Source: Bdellovibrionales bacterium (lineage in GTDB: Bacteria > Bdellovibrionota > Bdellovibrionia > Bdellovibrionales > JAMPXM01). Taken from it: DNA of 54,367 nt. The notes beneath the pieces were generated by a model that saw nothing but the letters and a program-made list of their open reading frames with translations, did not search any database and had not been told where the DNA came from. Location: positions 1-54,367 of the forward strand of contig JAYUEN010000113.1 of the NCBI GenBank assembly GCA_043739185.1, read 5' to 3'. Positions 25,736-34,328 of the stretch are shown here, one piece after another (position 1 is the first letter of the stretch; each line of letters begins with the position of its first letter). Position numbers and translations under genes: made by a program.

Positions 25736-27885
25736 TTTTTTTTCTGGAGAGCTCTCAGTAACCAGATGTCCCCAAATGTTGATACCATTATTCCGATAGC
25801 TAAAAAGACGCCGTAAATTCGCGGCGAAACAAAGTACGAACCCAAAAATATAATACAGGAACCGGCAATCAAGAGTGAAATAACCAGCGAGCCGGTTCCG
25901 CGTCTCATTAGTCCTTCATTTAAACTTTTCTTTCTTGCTGCAAAAAGAAATTGAATGGCATTGTCTCCTGCCAGGCCAACTAGAACACACATAAAGAGAC
26001 AGGCCATAAAATCAATTTTGGTACCAAAGATCCAATACAAACTGATAATAAAAAATGGTCCCCACAATGAGCTAATGAGAATCGAAAAATAGGGCCTTGG
26101 CGACCCACTCAAAAGTCTAACCAGTAAAGTGAGTACGAACCCCAATAATACCAAACTGGTAGCAAAGCTTTCAATAAATTCCGCTGGCACTTGTTCTGAA
26201 AATTCCGCTTGGGCTGCTGCTTCGCTGGTCACAAAACAGTTGGTGCGACACAAAGTCGTGATTTGCCGAAGAAGTCTCATGAGAACTTCAGTTCGAGTAT
26301 CTTTCACGTAAATGACAGCTCTTGCTTTATGTGACTTCGAGTAAAAGCTTTTGAAAAATTCACTGTCTTTTAATTCGCTTGCCGCCAATTCCTTATTTTC
26401 CTTAGATAAGTTTTCTGTAAAAAAATCCTCAACCATTCGCGGACTTAAAATCTGAGAAACATTTTCAAATTTTGCAATTTGATTTAGGATTTGCTCATTT
26501 GTCGGCTCATTCTTTTCAAATACTATATGCAAGAGGCTTTCCCAGCCGCGGCTTGATTTCAATTCCTCTAGCCCCCGAATAAAACTATGACTTGACGCCA
26601 TCATTTCTTTCGGAGCACCTGAAATTTGAAGATGAAAAAGACCATAAAATCCGAGTGCAAAAATCAACATTAAAGCACGAGCCAAAAGTCGATTGAGCTT
26701 GAGATTAAGAAAACGCACGGAGAGCTCAGGACGAAATGCTTTGCTCACATTCGTCAAACTTCTAAAATAGGGAAATTGGGCCATAAGCGCAGGCAGGACA
26801 ATAAAGCATGCCAGCCACTCAACAAAACTGCCAAAGGCCGCCCATATTCCAAAACGCTTCATGATAAGCATATTTGTAACTACCAGAGATCCGAAACCGA
26901 ATATGGTCGTGAGCGAAGTAAAAAAACTCGGCACCACAATACTTCGCATTGCCTTTCGCCATGAGGTTTGACGTTGAAGTTGTTCACTGCATATAAATAA
27001 ATAGTCCTCTAAAGCTGCCACTGAGAGCATGAGAAACAGGCCACTTGAGATCAAATCAATCGGAATTTTAAATAGAGACATTGTTCCGAAGGTCAAGGTA
27101 GCCATGATTATTAGCGTGAGGACAAAACTCAATCCACTTCTCCAAGTACCAAAAAAAAAGCGAAAGCTCAGCAATAAAAAAATCAGCAAGTAAAAATTCA
27201 ATTCATTATTTCGCTGAATGCCTTCGTGACAAAAGAATTGAAATGCAGCCTCTCCTGTAACGAAGTAAGCTCCCACCTTTTTGAATTTTTCAGCAAGATT
27301 TTTAAGTACTTCTCCCACTGGGCGCGGATCAAAACTACCGTAAAATTGAGACTGGGTCTCGCTCTTAAAAGTCAAATCAACGGCTAAATCTTGCCCTTGC
27401 TTAGACGTGAGTATTCCTTTCCATGGAGTCGCTTTTAATCCCTCAACTTCTTCGGGCAGATTTTTATCAATTAGTCTAAAATACCACATTTCATCCGTCG
27501 AAATTTTTGGACGTCTTATATCAAAGGGCGAACCAAGCCTTAATAAATTTGAATTGCTATAGTCTTCATTTGCGATCCAGCCGCGAATATTAAAGATTTC
27601 ACTTTGCGTAAAATATTCTTTAGAGGCCGGCTTAAAAATGATGAGCATCGAACTACCCAAATCAAAATCCGTCCGCATTTCACGAAATTTTGTGGCATAA
27701 GAAAGTGTCGGGTCTTCAAGATCGTGAATCGCATAAAGAGTTCTAATTTGGCCTAAACTTAGAAATGCCAGAAGGAGAAGGGCGGCCGTCACAGACAAAA
27801 TGAGCTTGGGTGAGCGCACGGAGAGACGATGAAATTTCAATAGAAAAATCCAAAATCTGAAGAATATTTTCTGAATTCCGAGCAT
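25732..27885 (-). CDS. MMPL/RND-family lipid exporter
   Basis: Two repeats of TM + periplasmic loop + TM bundle; FTSLTTIFGFGSL and GLAGDNAIQF. Confidence 0.85.
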   Translation of the reverse strand: MLGIQKIFFRFWIFLLKFHRLSVRSPKLILSVTAALLLLAFLSLGQIRTLYAIHDLEDPTLSYATKFREMRTDFDLGSSMLIIFKPASKEYFTQSEIFNIRGWIANEDYSNSNLLRLGSPFDIRRPKISTDEMWYFRLIDKNLPEEVEGLKATPWKGILTSKQGQDLAVDLTFKSETQSQFYGSFDPRPVGEVLKNLAEKFKKVGAYFVTGEAAFQFFCHEGIQRNNELNFYLLIFLLLSFRFFFGTWRSGLSFVLTLIIMATLTFGTMSLFKIPIDLISSGLFLMLSVAALEDYLFICSEQLQRQTSWRKAMRSIVVPSFFTSLTTIFGFGSLVVTNMLIMKRFGIWAAFGSFVEWLACFIVLPALMAQFPYFRSLTNVSKAFRPELSVRFLNLKLNRLLARALMLIFALGFYGLFHLQISGAPKEMMASSHSFIRGLEELKSSRGWESLLHIVFEKNEPTNEQILNQIAKFENVSQILSPRMVEDFFTENLSKENKELAASELKDSEFFKSFYSKSHKARAVIYVKDTRTEVLMRLLRQITTLCRTNCFVTSEAAAQAEFSEQVPAEFIESFATSLVLLGFVLTLLVRLLSGSPRPYFSILISSLWGPFFIISLYWIFGTKIDFMACLFMCVLVGLAGDNAIQFLFAARKKSLNEGLMRRGTGSLVISLLIAGSCIIFLGSYFVSPRIYGVFLAIGIMVSTFGDIWLLRALQKKN

Positions 27886-27910
27886 TTTTACCTACTGCTT
27901 GATGCAATAC

Positions 27911-28588
27911 TTATTCACAGCTCACTTTGATTTTTTTAAAATCTTTAAGGTCGAAATTGAACTTATGCGGGGTCAGTTTGGCTTTTTGAGCCGATAGCTC
28001 CGAAAGCTTTTCTGAATCTTTACCCTTAGGAATTGGGCCAGATTTTTTAATAATAACGACCCGCTCATCATCTATCTTCTTAATTTGGGCTATGACATTT
28101 TCACAGCTCTTATCTTTTGCTTTCGTCTCAATGAGAAAACTCCCCACATCTGGCGCATCTTCTTGTGGGCTCATGATCACATTCACTTCAAAGTCATTGG
28201 TGTACTCAAGTGCTAAACCAAAGCTGTCTTCACTCATTAAAAGCGCAAGCTCGCCATTTTCAGGATTCCACACCACTACTTCATAGAAGGAGTAATCGCC
28301 GTCGCTTCCTTTTAAGATAAGACTTTGCAGTTTTTTTGATTTCTTGATTTCGCTCAATTGATTTAAATTGCCGTCGCCGACACCGGGCCAGACCAAAAGC
28401 TTCTTTATTTCTTTACCGGTTTTTGAATCTTTCGAGATCAAGAATTGCTTCGCGCCGTCTTCAAAAAAAATGATATTAGATTTCGCAGCTTTGATAAGGA
28501 CAGCATTATGAGTTAGCTGGTCGGCTTTTGCGGCGGCCGAGACCAAAAAGCAAAAGACCGTTAAAAATTGAAGGTTTTTTGATTTCAT
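27911..28588 (-). CDS. Hypothetical secreted protein
   Basis: Signal peptide ending AAKA, GGGAG SD, 225 aa. Confidence 0.75.
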   Translation of the reverse strand: MKSKNLQFLTVFCFLVSAAAKADQLTHNAVLIKAAKSNIIFFEDGAKQFLISKDSKTGKEIKKLLVWPGVGDGNLNQLSEIKKSKKLQSLILKGSDGDYSFYEVVVWNPENGELALLMSEDSFGLALEYTNDFEVNVIMSPQEDAPDVGSFLIETKAKDKSCENVIAQIKKIDDERVVIIKKSGPIPKGKDSEKLSELSAQKAKLTPHKFNFDLKDFKKIKVSCE

Positions 28589-28669
28589 TTATTCTCCCGT
28601 CTTGTTAGGATGTTTTGATATAGTTTGTGAGTCAAAGTAAAAGGTACCGAGGGAATAAAGATCGAATAT

Positions 28670-29026
28670 TTGAATTCACCATGGTTGCGAGAATTGATTT
28701 ATTGGTCGAATACACTCGTCTTCGCCGGAGCATGGATTGGTTTAAAGTTTCTAGACGAAAATCAAAATCGTGGCGGGCTGATAGGTCAAAACTATTCGGA
28801 TAGCCTCTGGCTAATTTATATTTCGGGCTTTGTTCTCACTGGCGCGTTCAATTTGGTCTCTTTTAAATTCCGAAGTCTGAAATGGGGAGTCTTTGTCACA
28901 TCCGTATTGCTCAGCTTATTGCTGGGATTTCTGACTTTTCAGTATAAGAGCTTTCGCATCATTAACCTTGTTTTGGTGTCGATTTTAACATGTTTGAATT
29001 TTTTGTTTTTAGAGCTTCAAGATTAA
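28670..29026 (+). CDS. Small hypothetical membrane protein (about 4 TM)
   Basis: 118-aa hydrophobic ORF filling an intergenic gap; TTG start uncertain. Confidence 0.55.
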   Translation: MNSPWLRELIYWSNTLVFAGAWIGLKFLDENQNRGGLIGQNYSDSLWLIYISGFVLTGAFNLVSFKFRSLKWGVFVTSVLLSLLLGFLTFQYKSFRIINLVLVSILTCLNFLFLELQD

Positions 29027-29039
29027 AACAGTAAATTGA

Positions 29040-29063
29040 GCCTGATCTTTTTCAAAATCAGGC
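29040..29063. terminator. Probable hairpin terminator between convergent genes
   Basis: GCCTGAT-N10-ATCAGGC. Confidence 0.45.
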
Positions 29064-29074
29064 CTTCGAATTCC

Positions 29075-29491
29075 TTATCGCAAACTGCAATGCAATTGAT
29101 ATTTGTGACCAATTTCATCGCCGACATCGCGCCCATCATTAAAATACGCCGTTTGATTTAAGCTGAATGACATATCGTAAACCGGAGTGCTGATCACATC
29201 GCTTGTGATTCGATCGTGCCTTACAACAGTAAATCTAAAAATTGGGGTTCCAGAAACATATTTTTCTATATTAACCCAAGCCACGACATAAAAACGTGGT
29301 GAATAGGATTGCGAATTATAATCTACATAATAGGTCTTTGCACCGCCAGCTCCTGGCAGCCAAGTAAATCTAACAGGTACGCCGATAGAATCACGGGCCG
29401 TCGTAACATTCATATCGCATACAACTGTCGCCTCTGCCCTTGAAAAGCTCGCAAGAAACAAAAGACTCATTAAACAAAAAATACGGATCAT
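29075..29491 (-). CDS. Hypothetical secreted protein
   Basis: GGAGGT SD before ATG 29491, signal peptide ending SRA, Cys near both mature termini. Confidence 0.75.
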   Translation of the reverse strand: MIRIFCLMSLLFLASFSRAEATVVCDMNVTTARDSIGVPVRFTWLPGAGGAKTYYVDYNSQSYSPRFYVVAWVNIEKYVSGTPIFRFTVVRHDRITSDVISTPVYDMSFSLNQTAYFNDGRDVGDEIGHKYQLHCSLR

Positions 29492-29663
29492 AAATACCTC
29501 CAAAAAATGTTGGTGCTGAGGTTTTCAAAGATTAATTCTTAGGTCAAACAATTTCACATCATGTGAAATCAGCGAGTCATTTCATATTAAGGAAGGCAAA
29601 ACTGAAGTAATGTGGGTGAATTCCTATATTGAAACACTTCGCTTTTTAAATTTGCCTTTTTAA

Positions 29664-29703
29664 TTTGCATGATGCAAACTGGTTTGTATAGCAAACTAGT
29701 TTG
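29664..29703. promoter_or_regulatory. Tandem palindromic operator
   Basis: Overlapping TTTGCATGATGCAAA, CAAACTGGTTTG, TTTGTATAGCAAA and CAAACTAGTTTG immediately before the SD of an operon encoding a wHTH regulator. Confidence 0.65.
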
Positions 29704-29714
29704 TGGAGGTAGAA

Positions 29715-30392
29715 ATGTCGAAATTAAATAAGGATAGCAAAAACCAAAATGATCTCAATCTTGCTCTCTCTGATATTGAATTTTTTAGAGAACTGATCGA
29801 GGGAAAGCATCAAGACATACCCGATCGAGCTGAGCTCGCCATGACTTCACTCGTAACCGGCACTTCGCTTATCTTGTTGCTAAGCGAGCGCTTTGTTTTT
29901 ACGCACCTCTCTGACGAAATGATAAGTCTTGGGCAAAATTCTAACTTAAGATCGACCCTGTTAATTCAAGCTATCCTTATATTAGGGATACTAGGTCTCG
30001 GTGTTTATGGCCTGGCCTGGCTGAGGGCACGCAATCTTCAATCTTCGATAGGTCGAATTATAAATCGAAAGATTAAATTTTTGAGACTTGAATACTTCTT
30101 TCCAGACTTACTTCTAAAAGTCTTTATTTTTTCGCTCGTCATACTCTCAGGACAATTGCAATTCGTTGCTGCACTGCTGGTAGCTTTTTCGGCTGACTAT
30201 GCAATGCAGGGAAAGTTTTTTCGCTTTCAATATGCAGTTCGTCTGATCTTAGGAATTGCGCTTTACTTGGTTGCAGCTGAAATGATTTTGACTGATGCAC
30301 ATGCGCTTTTTATTCCGCTTGTGATCTTCACTGCCATGTCACTTTTTTCATTTCTGTCTATTTTAATTGAAAGGACTTCTCGCCGTGGCTGA
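29715..30392 (+). CDS. Hypothetical multi-pass membrane protein
   Basis: GGAGGT SD, N-terminal LSDIEFFRELIE helix, then about 6 TM segments. Confidence 0.8.
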   Translation: MSKLNKDSKNQNDLNLALSDIEFFRELIEGKHQDIPDRAELAMTSLVTGTSLILLLSERFVFTHLSDEMISLGQNSNLRSTLLIQAILILGILGLGVYGLAWLRARNLQSSIGRIINRKIKFLRLEYFFPDLLLKVFIFSLVILSGQLQFVAALLVAFSADYAMQGKFFRFQYAVRLILGIALYLVAAEMILTDAHALFIPLVIFTAMSLFSFLSILIERTSRRG

Positions 30393-30696
30393 AAAAGTGG
30401 CGCCAGTTGTAAATGGGATATTTTATGATCGGGCAAAGCTGATGATTATGGTTCATCTGATTCACACGACAGAAGCTTTGAGTTTTTTAGAACTACTTCA
30501 AGCAACACAATTAACCAAAGGTAATCTTTCTTCTCATCTCAAAAAGCTTGAAGCAGAGAAGTTATTGAAAATAAAAAAAGAATTCGTAGAAAAAAAACCT
30601 CGCACTTCTATCGAAATAACGAGCAAAGGGAGAAATGCCCTCAAAGAACATTTAGACGAAATGCAGTCACTTATCAAATTGGCCAAAAACCAATAG
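30385..30696 (+). CDS. Winged-HTH transcriptional regulator (ArsR/MarR-like)
   Basis: LSFLEL...LTKGNLSSHLKKLE...K.FVEKKPRT...T.KGR.A; GTG start overlaps the upstream gene end. Confidence 0.9.
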   Translation: MAEKVAPVVNGIFYDRAKLMIMVHLIHTTEALSFLELLQATQLTKGNLSSHLKKLEAEKLLKIKKEFVEKKPRTSIEITSKGRNALKEHLDEMQSLIKLAKNQ

Positions 30697-30703
30697 GAGT
30701 TAT

Positions 30704-31102
30704 ATGAAGAAATTTTTAAGAAAAACACTTAAATCCTTTGCGTATCTTTGTGGCTTCATTTTGCTTTTTATAGGTGGCTGTGAAAGTTTTAAATATATAG
30801 GCGCAAGACCAGTTCGAGAAATTTGCGCAAGCCTGCCCGTGGGACACACTTTTAACGCCGGCGAGTTCTCAAGAGAAATTAATAATCATAAAATCATCGG
30901 ATCTATTTCTCGCGAGACTGATAAACCGCAAAATATTTCTTTAAATTCAAAAGAGGCAGCGCAAGAAATTGCAGATATCGATATGAATAAATTGCCAGGT
31001 CATGCTTCAGCAACGATTGCAGTGGGTTTTCCTAAATATTCTTGCAAGCTGAGCTTTGCAAACGGGCAAATTTTGACCAATAAATCTTATTGGTGGGATT
31101 AG
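30704..31102 (+). CDS. Hypothetical membrane-anchored protein or lipoprotein
   Basis: AGGAG SD; hydrophobic N-terminus ending IGGC. Confidence 0.7.
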   Translation: MKKFLRKTLKSFAYLCGFILLFIGGCESFKYIGARPVREICASLPVGHTFNAGEFSREINNHKIIGSISRETDKPQNISLNSKEAAQEIADIDMNKLPGHASATIAVGFPKYSCKLSFANGQILTNKSYWWD

Positions 31103-31117
31103 AGCTCTTTCATTCAG

Positions 31118-31831
31118 CTAAAGTACTTTTTCATTTTTCTTTTCAGTATTTAAATTCGATTGCGGAGCCGGCGGTGGCACTGCGAGCTTCACCATCTCGG
31201 CAGCTTTGCTTTCAGCTTGCGGCTTTTGAGCAGGCTCAGCTTCCTTATTTGCTGATGGCACAATATTAGTCGGCACAGCTAAGGACTTATTTGTAGAGGC
31301 TGCCGGTGCTGTCAGCGCAGGGACCACGGCTTTTTCAGCCTGTTTTACCGGGGCAAACTTTATGGGCGGCAGATCTTCATCCGTCTCTTGATCTATATCT
31401 GCTGACGCGGTTTTGCGTTTTGCTTTGACCGCAACTGGCGCCTCCATACTGGCTGAATCTATATCTAATACATCACCAATCATAATGCCTTCGTAATCAA
31501 CTCCGGGGCGCTCGTCATTTGATGTTTGCGTAACCAATCGGCCAACACTTATATGTTTATCAACTTGTATGATATGCAACTTCGCAATTTGAATTTTGAG
31601 GCTTCCTTGATTTGAATTCTTCGCAGGATCTAAAACGCTTGAGTTGCGAATGACATTTAAATACATTCCCTTTTTAATTCCCGATTCGCCGCCAGCATTC
31701 ACATAATAATCCTTAAAAGCAGGCTCATTATTTTCCATGGGGAGAGTTTTATGAATTTCAAAAATAGAATAATCCGCCGCTAAACTCATAGGTGATATGA
31801 GTAGCAATCCAAAGAGCGCTTTCAAAAACAT
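31118..31831 (-). CDS. Hypothetical exported protein linked to the flagellar locus
   Basis: Signal peptide, YYVNAG...GIKKG beta-domain (reminiscent of FlgT C-terminal), Pro/Ala-rich tail. Confidence 0.75.
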   Translation of the reverse strand: MFLKALFGLLLISPMSLAADYSIFEIHKTLPMENNEPAFKDYYVNAGGESGIKKGMYLNVIRNSSVLDPAKNSNQGSLKIQIAKLHIIQVDKHISVGRLVTQTSNDERPGVDYEGIMIGDVLDIDSASMEAPVAVKAKRKTASADIDQETDEDLPPIKFAPVKQAEKAVVPALTAPAASTNKSLAVPTNIVPSANKEAEPAQKPQAESKAAEMVKLAVPPPAPQSNLNTEKKNEKVL

Positions 31832-31898
31832 TTGGCTTCCCTTCCAATGGGGAAAACCTTCCTAGCCTTCCAAGAGTCTCGCCATACTGGCATTGATT

Positions 31899-31926
31899 AG
31901 ATCGGAAGAAGATTCGAAATGCTTGA
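31899..31926 (-). promoter_or_regulatory. Possible sigma-28 promoter
   Basis: (T)CAAG-N15-TCCGATCT on the minus strand. Confidence 0.45.
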
Positions 31927-32053
31927 GATTGAGACATTGAATTAGACGTTCGGCGGGTAAATGAAATCGGTTTTCTGAGGCTGGCAAGCTGATTACAGAA
32001 ATCTGAAACTGAAACTGGCAAACAGCTAACCGCTGCAGCTGCCAGAAAACTGC

Positions 32054-32605
32054 TTATTTCAGCTCAGGAATAATCGTCGGCTGCAAATTACTAACGGTTT
32101 CAGGAAGTTTTATAGCAACTCCCCAATCAGAAGCACGACTTTTGATTGAAGCTTTGGGATTGCTAACCAGGCGCTGCTGAAGTTTCGCAAAAATTGGCTC
32201 TTTGATTGCCAAGCTATTATCTTGCAAAACACACTGACGTGCAATTTTACGATCAATATTAATTACGATTGGCGCTTTCATATTGGCTGTCATCAAAGTC
32301 GGATCATTTGGTATTGTAATAATCGAGAAAAACCTGGTGCGCTCATTTGCGGCCAATTTAATCGCCTCAATATCATGACGAGTCAGCGCCACTTGATAAT
32401 TCTGTATAAATAGTTCTGGTTCTAGAATTGGAAAGGCAATATCGGCAGACTCACAGCTTTGCAACCAAGCAAAAATCTCATCGTGCGGATCATCAAGAAG
32501 AACAAATCGACGAAGATTTGCAAATCCTAAAATCCCCTCGAAGAAATCTAAAACATCTTCTTCTTTAATCTCAACAGGTCCGAATCTGGATGTCTGAATG
32601 AGCAT
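32054..32605 (-). CDS. fliW: Flagellar assembly factor / CsrA antagonist FliW
   Basis: IQTSRFG, F.EGILGF, WLQS and TANMKAPIVIN; GGAGGG SD before ATG 32605; adjacent to csrA. Confidence 0.95.
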   Translation of the reverse strand: MLIQTSRFGPVEIKEEDVLDFFEGILGFANLRRFVLLDDPHDEIFAWLQSCESADIAFPILEPELFIQNYQVALTRHDIEAIKLAANERTRFFSIITIPNDPTLMTANMKAPIVINIDRKIARQCVLQDNSLAIKEPIFAKLQQRLVSNPKASIKSRASDWGVAIKLPETVSNLQPTIIPELK

Positions 32606-32741
32606 AGAAATCCCCCTCCACTTGAGGATGACCAAAAAGTCTCTCAATTATTGAGACACCTCAAGCCAATCGACCGGTGAGTTGTGAACTGCTTTTATAA
32701 AAAAATAGTACCCAACATCTAAAAGTATGAATGATTTTTTT

Positions 32742-32770
32742 CAATCGGCAAGAAAAATTACTAGACTTTA
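32742..32770 (-). promoter_or_regulatory. Possible sigma-28 promoter of fliW
   Basis: TAAA-N17-GCCGATTG; the spacing is 2 nt longer than consensus. Confidence 0.35.
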
Positions 32771-32828
32771 GAAGGATTAAGTCTCGCCTTGCGTTAGTAT
32801 AAAAAATTGAACTGCTTTTGGGAGCTTT

Positions 32829-33056
32829 CTAGGGCTTCAAAAGCTTGGCAACAGCTCTCGTATTTTCGGATGAAGATTTTGAGGACTCTTCATTCTGGCT
32901 CTGAATGGCCACATAGACTTCTTCACGATGAATTTTGGTATCCTTAGGGGCTTCTATCCCAAGTCTAACTTGTTTACCCTTAATTTGGACTATTCTGATC
33001 TTGATATGATCATCGATGGCGATACTCTCACCAAGTTTGCGTGTCAGAACTAACAT
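32829..33056 (-). CDS. csrA: Carbon storage regulator CsrA
   Basis: [12 protein letters not shown]...[10 protein letters not shown]...IHREEVY. Confidence 0.98.
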   Translation of the reverse strand: MLVLTRKLGESIAIDDHIKIRIVQIKGKQVRLGIEAPKDTKIHREEVYVAIQSQNEESSKSSSENTRAVAKLLKP

Positions 33057-33202
33057 GAGATAAACTCCTTCAACATCCAGGTCAAAGTTGAATTAATGAG
33101 ACTTATTGCCACATGAATCCAAAACAAGATCTGTTCAAGATTTGAACTTTTCTCGTCAATTACATTTACGGTAAAAGCGAATCGAAACATTAGCTATAAT
33201 TG

Positions 33203-34321
33203 CTAACGGAGAAAGTCAAGAAGACTCGGCTGGATCAATTTACCAGATGTGGCAAGGGTCGCTTTAAGGGCACTTTCAGATTTATTAATATCGCTAACCA
33301 GCTGAAATGTATCCGCGTCTTCGATGTTTGAAGACATGGTTTTGGCGTCAATGGTCCCCTTAGAAATGCTCTCTGTTGCCGCATTCAAGGTACCAACTCT
33401 AGACCCAAGTTCAGCTCTCGAAAGTACAACCTGTTCTAGGGCTGTATCAATCTTATCAATAGATTCTTGAATAGAAGGCTTGTCATTGGTCCGGAGCGCA
33501 ATTTCAAAGCCCTTTAAGACACTGAAAATATCAATGCCCCGCTCCGCCAATTTGCGCTCTAGCTCCGCCTGTTTTTTCGAAAGCTCATCAGCACTCTCAG
33601 GGCTCATCTGCTTTTCTGAAGCGGGAGCTCGAATCGCAGGAAGCTCATAATCAGGAACTTGCAATGTTTTGCGTTCTCTTATGGGTTTTTCATGTTGAGG
33701 AGCCATTGGAGCTTGATTTGGAGAAGAAAAATTTTGGGAAGAGTCAGGGCCGGCATCCGCAGGAGCCTTTAAACCTCTTCCCAAAAACACAAGATTGCCA
33801 GGAATATTCATGGCAAGTTTTGCTTCTTTATCTATAATAATTTCCATTAGGCCGTTGTCACCATGGTAATTACCTTCTGGATCAAAGGGCGGCTGCTGCG
33901 TTCTATATCCACCAAATAAAAAGCGATCACCTAGCTTTCGATTTCCGATTTGAATAGATTGGGATAAGAGCTGTGCAACTTCACTTGCAACCAACTCTCT
34001 GGATTTTGGTCCGGATGAGGCATCATTGGCTTGATTGATGGCAAGTTCTTTTGCGCGAATAAGAGCGTCGCTTAGTTCGCCAAGCGACTGTTCCGAATAC
34101 TCGAGAAAAGCCTTTGCTCCCGATATAGATTTTAAAAACTGATTGTTTCCGTTCACCTCAGTACGCATGCCAAGCACTCGAGTTGCGCCCAATGGATCAT
34201 CCGATGGCTTGGTCACCTTTTTTTGCAAAGCCGCTTGATTTTGCAACTCCGACATCTCAGAACGATTTCGTCCTAAGTTGGTGGTGACTTGCTCATAATT
34301 CATTTTATCAGCGATGCGCAT
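33203..34321 (-). CDS. flgL: Flagellar hook-associated protein 3
   Basis: KPSDDP, FLFGG...PPF and RAELGSR...S.IEDAD...SLLDFLR. Confidence 0.96.
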   Translation of the reverse strand: MRIADKMNYEQVTTNLGRNRSEMSELQNQAALQKKVTKPSDDPLGATRVLGMRTEVNGNNQFLKSISGAKAFLEYSEQSLGELSDALIRAKELAINQANDASSGPKSRELVASEVAQLLSQSIQIGNRKLGDRFLFGGYRTQQPPFDPEGNYHGDNGLMEIIIDKEAKLAMNIPGNLVFLGRGLKAPADAGPDSSQNFSSPNQAPMAPQHEKPIRERKTLQVPDYELPAIRAPASEKQMSPESADELSKKQAELERKLAERGIDIFSVLKGFEIALRTNDKPSIQESIDKIDTALEQVVLSRAELGSRVGTLNAATESISKGTIDAKTMSSNIEDADTFQLVSDINKSESALKATLATSGKLIQPSLLDFLR

Positions 34322-34328
34322 TTAGTTC

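Noticed and set aside
14556..27885. Calling the cluster an aryl polyene, ladderane or housekeeping fab locus
   Set aside because: No AMP-ligase, glycosyltransferase or LolA-like genes typical of aryl polyene clusters, no ladderane-type gene set, and no fabD/fabH/plsX; only the core enzyme types are shared.
32015..32046. c-di-GMP-I riboswitch suggested by GGCAAAC
   Set aside because: It lacks the GNRA/receptor and second-stem features; CTGGCA...TGCCAG is more simply a hairpin just after the fliW stop.
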